Source: Spirochaetales bacterium (GTDB taxonomy: Bacteria > Spirochaetota > Spirochaetia > Treponematales > UBA12059). Taken from it: a stretch of 64,000 nucleotides of DNA. The notes under the pieces are model-generated. The model made no database searches, had not been told where the DNA came from, and saw only the letters and a list, made by a program, of their open reading frames with translations. The stretch is from contig JAFGJV010000029.1 of assembly GCA_016928955.1 (NCBI GenBank), forward strand, positions 1 to 64,000. Reading direction: 5' to 3'. The translations under genes were made by a program, and so were the position numbers. This document shows, in pieces, positions 57,715-64,000 of the stretch (the first letter of the stretch is position 1; the number at the start of each line of letters is the position of its first letter).

Positions 57715-58578
57715 TCAAACCAAAGCGGGGCCCCGCGGCTCCGGTGCCACGCCCCTGGCCGCGAGCGAGCGCCGCCACGCGTCCATCAGCACCCCGAAGG
57801 CCACGCCCACGTTCAGGCTGCCCTTGGCGCCGAGCATGGGTATGCTGACGCGCCTGCCGCACAGGGCCAGGGCCTCCGGCGACACGCCCAGCTCCTCTGA
57901 ACCGAGCACGGCCAGGCCGCGCGCGGGGAACTCGAAGCTGTCTATGGGCTCGCCCCGCAGTTCCAGGGCGAACACGGCGTCCGGGCCCAGGTCGCCTGCA
58001 GCCCCGGCCAGCTCGTCGAGGCCGCCGCGCCGCCAGGCCACCACGGAGCTGGCCCCCAGGGCGGTCCTCTGGGCCCGGGGGTGGCCGGGATCCGGCACAA
58101 AGCCGGACAGCACCAGTTCGTCCACGCCAAAAGCGTCGGCCGTGCGGAATATGGAACCGACGTTGAACGGAGAGCGCAGGTCCTCAAGATAGGCGCGCAC
58201 GCCCGGGAATACGCGCCGGGCACCCGGATCCAAAGCCAGGCCCAGAGGCTCGCGAAAATCCCAGTCGGCGGGAGTGCGGCCGGCGTATGCTTCCAGCCCC
58301 CGCCGGAGGACATTGCAGGAACGCGCCCACCACTCGGCGGAGCGGCCGTGTACGGCGTCCGCGGCGTCCGCGGCGTCCGCGGCGATAGCGTTGGACAGGC
58401 CCCGGAGCTCAGCCGGCAGGCGCTGGTCGGCCGCAAAGGCCCGCCCGAGCTGAACGACCCACTCGGCGTACGAGGTGTCGCCCCGTCGGAAGGCGCCTTC
58501 TGCCAGGTCCAGGGTATTGGCAGCCTTGCGGGCCGCGTGTTTGGGGGTCAGGGTCAGGAGTTTGGGTACGCTGATCAT
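57715..58578 (-). CDS. TrmH/SpoU family RNA methyltransferase
   Basis: NVGSIFRTA, LGSEELG, IPMLG..SLNVGVA. Confidence 0.9.
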   Translation of the reverse strand: MISVPKLLTLTPKHAARKAANTLDLAEGAFRRGDTSYAEWVVQLGRAFAADQRLPAELRGLSNAIAADAADAADAVHGRSAEWWARSCNVLRRGLEAYAGRTPADWDFREPLGLALDPGARRVFPGVRAYLEDLRSPFNVGSIFRTADAFGVDELVLSGFVPDPGHPRAQRTALGASSVVAWRRGGLDELAGAAGDLGPDAVFALELRGEPIDSFEFPARGLAVLGSEELGVSPEALALCGRRVSIPMLGAKGSLNVGVAFGVLMDAWRRSLAARGVAPEPRGPALV

Positions 58579-58588
58579 GGCCGGCGGT

Positions 58589-59737
58589 TCAGTATACGGT
58601 CTTGATAAAATCGAAGACGTCGTCCACGGTCATGGCGCGCGGCAGGAAGTTCATGAAATCCAGGCGCCGCACGGTTTCCGCTCCCTCGACCAGGCGTTCC
58701 AGGGCCAGGTCAAAGTCTTTGAGGCGGCTGGGTATCTTGAGCACGCCCAGGCGGGTGCGTATGGCCTCAACGGCCTTGGCGGCCATGGCGGCAGCGCCCT
58801 CGCTCTCGTCGACATCGCCGAACAGCGGGGCCAGCGACGCGATCTTTTCCAGCTTGGAGCGCGACAGCGACTCCATGAGGTACGGCAGGATCACCGCCGC
58901 CAGGTTTGCCTTTGGCACGCCCCAGCGGGCGTTTATGGCAAACGACACGGCCGTGCCCAGGCCCGGCGACGACGATGCAAGCCCGAGTCCAGCCATGAAA
59001 AAGGCCCTGAAGGCGTCTGCCTTGGCCTGGGGATCGTCCGGACGCGCCATCATGACGTCCAAGGCGCGAACGTACAGGGACACCGCCTCGCGCAGGGCCA
59101 TGTCTGACAGGAAATTCTCCTTGGACGACGCGTAGCCTTCAACTGCGCCCATGATGCCGTCCAGGATGGTGGCAGCGGCGGTTTTGGCGCTCATGGCCGA
59201 CATGACATTGGGATCCAGGATAACGGCGCTTTCTATGCCTCGGCGGGCCTGCAGGAAAGCGGCCTGCCGGTTGCGGGCGTCGCCAAGAATCAGGCCACCT
59301 GACAGGATGAAGGGGTCGCGGCAGGTGGTGGGCACCAGAACCAGCGGCAGGGGCTGACGCTGGGGCGCCTCGCCGTCTATCCAGGTTTCCACCCGGCGCT
59401 CGTCCGGAGCCAGGGCCGCCACCGCCTTGGCCGCGTGGACCACGTGGATGCCGCCCAGGCCGATCACCAGGGGGCTGCGCGATCCCCGCGCCAGGCCAAC
59501 GGCCGCTTCAACGGACGCCGCGGTGGGAGCGTCGCCAAAATCGTCGAACAGGATGGTCTTGATGCCACGGCCTTCAAGCACGGCCACCAGGCGCTCCGCG
59601 GCGCCGCCCTCCCTGAGTTCCGGATCGGCCACCACCAAGGCCCGGTCAAGACCGGGTTCCAGGAGCAGGGGTATCTTAAAGATGGAATCGGTTCCGATAT
59701 AGCATTCGGCGGGCACATGGAAGCGGAAATCGGCCAT
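58589..59737 (-). CDS. Iron-containing alcohol dehydrogenase family protein (degenerate active site)
   Basis: FHVPAECYIG, VIGLGG, VPTT, ILDP, IPSRLKDF; metal-binding His residues absent. Confidence 0.75.
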   Translation of the reverse strand: MADFRFHVPAECYIGTDSIFKIPLLLEPGLDRALVVADPELREGGAAERLVAVLEGRGIKTILFDDFGDAPTAASVEAAVGLARGSRSPLVIGLGGIHVVHAAKAVAALAPDERRVETWIDGEAPQRQPLPLVLVPTTCRDPFILSGGLILGDARNRQAAFLQARRGIESAVILDPNVMSAMSAKTAAATILDGIMGAVEGYASSKENFLSDMALREAVSLYVRALDVMMARPDDPQAKADAFRAFFMAGLGLASSSPGLGTAVSFAINARWGVPKANLAAVILPYLMESLSRSKLEKIASLAPLFGDVDESEGAAAMAAKAVEAIRTRLGVLKIPSRLKDFDLALERLVEGAETVRRLDFMNFLPRAMTVDDVFDFIKTVY

Positions 59738-59776
59738 GCAAGGTCCTCTCCACCGCGCGGGATCCTCCGCGGGAAT

Positions 59777-59803
59777 AAAAAAGGCGGAAGCTCCCTTCCG
59801 CCC
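59777..59803 (-). terminator. Terminator after flgM
   Basis: ggcggaag-ggag-cttccgcc followed by T6. Confidence 0.75.
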
Positions 59804-59861
59804 TTCTTCGCGACAGCGGGCCGACCCAGCCCAGATATAGCCGGTCGGCCGTGGGTACCGT

Positions 59862-60140
59862 CTACAGGAGCTGATCCAGGATGCGATCGGCCGTTACGGA
59901 CAGGACGGCGTCGTTTATGTAGTTAGGATCATCTATCCGGGCCTTGAGCTCGGCTATGAGGTCGGTCCGCTCGTCCGGAGCCGCCTTGGCGAGCTCCATG
60001 GCCTGGAACAGCTCGGCTTTTTCCAGAGCCTCGGAGGACAGATTGACGGAATCGCTCCTGGAGGCCCGTTCCGTACGGTTCGGCCCGGCCGGTTTGCGCG
60101 TCTGGATGGGATCAAGCGGGTTCAGTCTATCTATGGTCAT
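59862..60140 (-). CDS. flgM: Anti-sigma28 factor
   Basis: DSVNLSSEA...RTDLIAELKARI...Y...TADRIL; sigma28 promoter upstream. Confidence 0.85.
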   Translation of the reverse strand: MTIDRLNPLDPIQTRKPAGPNRTERASRSDSVNLSSEALEKAELFQAMELAKAAPDERTDLIAELKARIDDPNYINDAVLSVTADRILDQLL

Positions 60141-60169
60141 CGGACGGCTCCTGCCTTTCTCTACCCGAA

Positions 60170-60197
60170 GTATCGGCACCTTGTGCCCGGAAGTTTA
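60170..60197 (-). promoter_or_regulatory. sigma28 promoter of flgM
   Basis: TAAA-16 bp-GCCGATAC. Confidence 0.85.
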
Positions 60198-60220
60198 CGC
60201 CATTTTCCTTTTTAGCTCAA

Positions 60221-60254
60221 GGGAGCCTCTAAAAACTGCGGTTTTAGAGGTCCC
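60221..60254. repeat. 34-bp palindromic insert with 5-bp flanking duplication
   Basis: GGGAGCCTCTAAAAACTGCGGTTTTAGAGGTCCC between two CTCAA copies. Confidence 0.75.
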
Positions 60255-60255
60255 C

Positions 60256-60972
60256 TCAAGTCCCGGCATCATCGCAGGCGGCGCTGCCCGCCTTCACGCG
60301 CGGGCGGCCGGCTACCATGACCGCCAGTTCGCCCTTGATGTCGGCGCGGGCCTTGAAATCGGCCAGCACGGCCTGGGCGCTCCCCCTGACCAGCTCCTCG
60401 TGCAGTTTGGTGAGCTCGCGGCCCACGCACACCGGCCGGCCGGGGTCAAGCGAGGCTATATCGGCCAGCAGCTTGACGATGCGGTGGGGCGACTCGTACA
60501 TGACAAAGGCCTCGTCCCGGGCCATGAGCTCGGCCACGCGGGTCCGTCTCCTGCCGGGCTTGGGTGACGGGAAGCCGTCAAAGGTCAGCGACTTGAAAAA
60601 CAGGCCAGCCGCCGACGCCAGGGCGGCAAAGGCCGTCGCGCCAGGCAGCGGTACCACCTGATGTCCCGCGTCCGCGGCCATCTTGGCGGCCAGCACGCCG
60701 GGGTCGCTCAGTCCAGGCGTTCCGGCGTCCGAACAGTAGGCCACGTCCTTGCCCTGGTTCAGGAGGCCGAGTATGCGGGCACTGCCCTTTTCTTCCTCAT
60801 AGGCGTAGCACGCGACCAGGGGCTTTTTCACGCCCAGGTGGTTGAGCAGCCGGAGCGTGTGCCTGGTATCCTCGCAGGCCACCGTATCGACCTCGCCGAG
60901 CACGCGCGCCGCCCGCAGGGTTATGTCCTCAAGATTGCCGATGGGCGTTGCCACCATGTATAACGTTGCCAC
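60256..60972 (-). CDS. rsmI: 16S rRNA C1402 2'-O-methyltransferase
   Basis: VATPIGNLEDIT, ACEDTR, SDAGTPGLSDPG, YESPHR, RELTKLHEE. Confidence 0.96.
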   Translation of the reverse strand: MATLYMVATPIGNLEDITLRAARVLGEVDTVACEDTRHTLRLLNHLGVKKPLVACYAYEEEKGSARILGLLNQGKDVAYCSDAGTPGLSDPGVLAAKMAADAGHQVVPLPGATAFAALASAAGLFFKSLTFDGFPSPKPGRRRTRVAELMARDEAFVMYESPHRIVKLLADIASLDPGRPVCVGRELTKLHEELVRGSAQAVLADFKARADIKGELAVMVAGRPRVKAGSAACDDAGT

Positions 60973-61080
60973 GCACCCAGTATCACCGCGGCGGGCCCGC
61001 GCAGTCAACCTCGCCGCGGGCTGGTAACGGCGGCCCGTTCCCGTTTGCGCCCGGGCCGTGGTCCGTGCTACGCTCACGGC

Positions 61081-61515
61081 ATGATCGATATCGCCCTTGC
61101 CGCAGCGCTAGCGGGACTCGGAGCCTTCCTCTTCTGGATATTCTGGCTGGCGTTCTACAGGCCGGTTGCGGCCCGCAAGGAGCGCCGCTCCCCGCGCTAC
61201 GTCAAGGCCGGCGACGGCGTGGTGCGGGAAAAGGGCGTGGGAGCGCGACGCTGCCCCGTGTGCGGGGAAACCCTGGCCCCGGGCGCCATGGTCAAGTCCA
61301 AGCTGTTTGCCAAACGCGGGACGGAGCGCATCATGCACATATACGGCTGCCCGTACTGCTGGCCGGAAAACACTGAGTACCGCCGCGTATGCCCGGTGTG
61401 CGAGAAGGTCCTGCCCCAGGGCGGCTACCTCATAGCCCGGTATTTCGAGAAACCCGGCCAGCGTCACGTCCACGTGATCGGCTGTTCCGGCTGTAGGGTG
61501 CCGATCCGGCGCTAG
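61081..61515 (+). CDS. Membrane-anchored protein with four CxxC motifs
   Basis: N-terminal TM; CPVC, CPYC, CPVC, CSGC. Confidence 0.75.
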   Translation: MIDIALAAALAGLGAFLFWIFWLAFYRPVAARKERRSPRYVKAGDGVVREKGVGARRCPVCGETLAPGAMVKSKLFAKRGTERIMHIYGCPYCWPENTEYRRVCPVCEKVLPQGGYLIARYFEKPGQRHVHVIGCSGCRVPIRR

Positions 61516-62343
61516 TCACCGGGCCAGCGCGTCCAGGTAGGAATCTTCTATAATACGGCCGCCCGGGCCCCGCCCCAGCCGCCGTTCAGGCCTGCTCGGC
61601 CCATGAAAATCGCTGCCGGCGCTGATCCGTAGGCCCTCTGCCCGCCCCATAGCCTCCAGCCGCTCGCAGTCCACAGTCCTGGCCAGGGGGTGCCACGCCT
61701 CGATGCCGTCCATGCCCATGGCCTTCCACTCGGTCATGAGCGAGCGCATCCGGGTCCAGCTGACGAACAGGGACAAAGGATGTGCAACAAAGGCCAGGCC
61801 ACCCGCCTCCTTGATGACGCGCAAGGCCCGCTCAAGGTCCATGCACGCCTTCTGGACGTAAAAAGGCCGGCCCTTGGCCAGATAGCGGTCAAAGGCGTCC
61901 TGTTTGTTGCGCGCCAGGCGGTGGGTGACCATGAGCTCGGCTATGTGCGGCCTGCCTATCATGCCCCCGCCGGACGCCGCGCGGAACTCGTCGTAGTCCA
62001 CGTCCAAACCCAGTTCGCCCAGCTTGTCGAACATCAGCCGGTTGCGCTGGTTCCTGGACTCGGCCAGCTCGCCCGCGGCCTCGGCCAGGCTGCCCGCCGG
62101 CAGGCTGAAGTCCAGCCCCAGTAGGTGAAACTCGCCGGGACTGAAGGCTATCTCTATCTCCACCCCGGGCACAAAGCGCAGGCCAAGGCCCCCGGCCGCC
62201 TCCTTGGCCTCGGGCAGGCCGTCCAGCGTGTCGTGGTCGGTCAGGGCTATGGCGGACAGCCCTTCCTCCACGGCTTTGTGCATCAGGGCGGCTGGGCTCA
62301 AGGCCCCGTCGGACGCCGTCGAGTGGGTGTGCAGGTCTATCAT
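61516..62343 (-). CDS. PHP domain phosphoesterase
   Basis: DLHTHSTASDG, TDHD, GRPH, AHP, GSDFHG. Confidence 0.93.
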   Translation of the reverse strand: MIDLHTHSTASDGALSPAALMHKAVEEGLSAIALTDHDTLDGLPEAKEAAGGLGLRFVPGVEIEIAFSPGEFHLLGLDFSLPAGSLAEAAGELAESRNQRNRLMFDKLGELGLDVDYDEFRAASGGGMIGRPHIAELMVTHRLARNKQDAFDRYLAKGRPFYVQKACMDLERALRVIKEAGGLAFVAHPLSLFVSWTRMRSLMTEWKAMGMDGIEAWHPLARTVDCERLEAMGRAEGLRISAGSDFHGPSRPERRLGRGPGGRIIEDSYLDALAR

Positions 62344-64000
62344 GCGCGTCCGGCGCCTGGGCGCGCGGCAGCCTCCAGGCGCTCGAGGTTGGCCCGCGTG
62401 TTGGCGTTGCCAGGCTCCAGGGCCACAGCCTTGCGCACGCAGCGTATGGCGTCTGACAGGCGCCCGAGCCGCTTGTAGGCTATGCCCAGATTGTTGAGGA
62501 CGCGCGGGTCGTTGGGGTGGCCCGCAAGTATGTCCTCAAGCAGGATGGCGGCCGTACCCGCGTCGCCGCGCTTGAGGGCGTCTATTGCCTTGCGGTGCGA
62601 CGCCGCCAGCCCGGCGGCCGGCTTCGGCTGCTCGGCCGGTGGGGCTAGCTTCGGGGGCAGCCGCGCTTCGGGGACCTGGGGCGTCTGGCTCGCGCCTTCG
62701 TCGCCAAAATCGGGAAGGTCAAAACCGCTGTCGCCCATGGCCGCCGGCTCTTCCGGAAGATCTGGCTCGGGTATGGAGTAATCGGTAGGCCCGGCGTCGT
62801 CCATGCTCGGCATGGTGGGTATGCCAAAACGCTCGTGGAGCTCCGTGTCGGGCGCCAGTGGCGGGCCAGCCTCGTCGCCTTCCTGGTCTCCGGACGGCTC
62901 GTCCCTACCCGCGCCGTCCTCGCCCGAGAGAGCAGCCGCGAACAAGCCGCCGTCCGGTACGTTGCGGGACGCTTCCGCCGAACGCACCCTGACGCCTGCC
63001 GCCAGCAGGGCGCAGGCCAGGGCGGCCAGCACGGCGCCTCCCGCCATGGCCAGCCGCGCCAGACTCTGGCCGGGCACCACCAGGACCGGGTACTTCGGCA
63101 AGGGCACCGACAACTCCAGAAGGGCAAGGACCGCGCCGCTGTCGTCGCGCAACGGTACGGCGGCCGCCAGCCACTCGCCCGCGGCATCGCGGAGTATGCC
63201 TCTGGCCGAGTCCCCGCCCTCAAGGGCCGCCGCGTAGGACGGCAACACAAAGCGCTGGGGCAGACCGGGCCTGACCGACGCGTCGGAGTCGACAACGAAG
63301 CGGAACACGCCGCCCGAGCGCCGGAGCGCCACGGCGTAGGGTTCCTGGTCTCCCGCAGACAGGCGTATGCCCGCCAGAGCGGCGGCAGCCTCCTTGTACT
63401 CGTCCGACGCGTAGTCGTCCGGCTCGTCCAAAGCAGCCAGGGCCGCCCGCGGCAAGGCAGGCGCTGCCCGCGCGGCGTCCGCGGCCAGGGCGTCCAGACG
63501 CTCGGCCATGGCCGCTTCGGCCCCGGCCAGGGCGTCCGAGCGGGCCCATGACAGCGCCAGGATGCCCAGCGCTGCCAGGGCAGGCAGGGACGCCGCGATG
63601 GCGGCAAGGGGTACGGGAGCTTTCCTGATTACCGCCGCCAAGGCTATGAGTACGGCCATCAGGGCGGACAAGGCGGCCGCTCCTGCGCAGGCCCAGGCCA
63701 GGATTCTGAGTCTCAGTTCGCTTTCCGGAAGCACCGGCGCGGGCGCTGGCTTGAGCTGGGCGGCTAGCCGGTCATAGACCAGCACGGCCGACGAGGCGCC
63801 TTCCACCAGGGCTATCCTCTCGCCGCGCACGGAGAACGAATCCAGTATGGCCGCGCTGCCCTTCGGCGCCGCCGCCGACAGCGCACTCTGGTCCAGCACC
63901 GTCTTGACAGCGCCATCCGGCGCCAGCGACACGATGCACCCCAGGTAGGGATCGGCCACCAAGAGGGTTCCGTCCAGGCGGTAGCGGATTTCCGTGGGAT
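62340..64000 (-). CDS. Membrane protein with C-terminal TPR (5'-partial)
   Basis: Frame stays open to the window edge; several TMs, acidic Pro-rich linker, TPR (LNNLGIAYKRLG). Confidence 0.7.
   Translation of the reverse strand, partial: PTEIRYRLDGTLLVADPYLGCIVSLAPDGAVKTVLDQSALSAAAPKGSAAILDSFSVRGERIALVEGASSAVLVYDRLAAQLKPAPAPVLPESELRLRILAWACAGAAALSALMAVLIALAAVIRKAPVPLAAIAASLPALAALGILALSWARSDALAGAEAAMAERLDALAADAARAAPALPRAALAALDEPDDYASDEYKEAAAALAGIRLSAGDQEPYAVALRRSGGVFRFVVDSDASVRPGLPQRFVLPSYAAALEGGDSARGILRDAAGEWLAAAVPLRDDSGAVLALLELSVPLPKYPVLVVPGQSLARLAMAGGAVLAALACALLAAGVRVRSAEASRNVPDGGLFAAALSGEDGAGRDEPSGDQEGDEAGPPLAPDTELHERFGIPTMPSMDDAGPTDYSIPEPDLPEEPAAMGDSGFDLPDFGDEGASQTPQVPEARLPPKLAPPAEQPKPAAGLAASHRKAIDALKRGDAGTAAILLEDILAGHPNDPRVLNNLGIAYKRLGRLSDAIRCVRKAVALEPGNANTRANLERLEAAARPGAGRA

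Noticed and set aside
58354..58385. Short tandem GGCGTCCGC repeat in the TrmH gene
   Set aside because: In-frame ADA repeat in a linker; no sign of phase variation.
674..63777. Many long overlapping or antisense ORFs in the track (e.g. 2207-3298, 16328-17665, 23194-24600, 37497-38969, and the 5' part of 51044-53266)
   Set aside because: Shadow frames of recognisable genes, expected at high GC; low-complexity Arg/Gly/Pro/Ala translations with no motifs.

Overview
High-GC chromosomal window, most likely from a spirochaete (16S 5' signature, short AlaRS, cdaA-cdaR-acpS-DUF2225-truA run, spirochaete-type lipoproteins). It holds the 5' end of a 16S rRNA gene with tandem promoters, tRNA-Leu(GAG), an Mrp/Mbh-type antiporter operon headed by PII-like and PTS EIIA genes, housekeeping genes (rny, ymdB, dxs, folP, alaS, mnmA, rsmI, cysE), chemotaxis/flagellar genes (two MCPs, cheD, flgM) and tmRNA. 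Best leads: (1) a low-GC five-gene island (46961-50973) with two paralogous small secreted beta-rich proteins, one carrying an aerolysin/ETX-like amphipathic hairpin, plus a membrane-anchored unknown protein and an ABC-2 transporter, a candidate two-component pore-forming bacteriocin with self-protection; (2) a prcB-prcA-prtP (dentilisin-like) lipoprotein protease locus split by tmRNA, with direct and inverted copies of the tmRNA 3' end; (3) an unannotated ~120-nt transcript with its own promoter and terminator (44980-45134); (4) short palindromic MITE-like inserts with 5-bp flanking duplications; (5) frequent leaderless-type promoters. All family calls come from motif recognition by eye; no database search was run. 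Many starts were moved from the ORF track to RBS- or promoter-supported codons.
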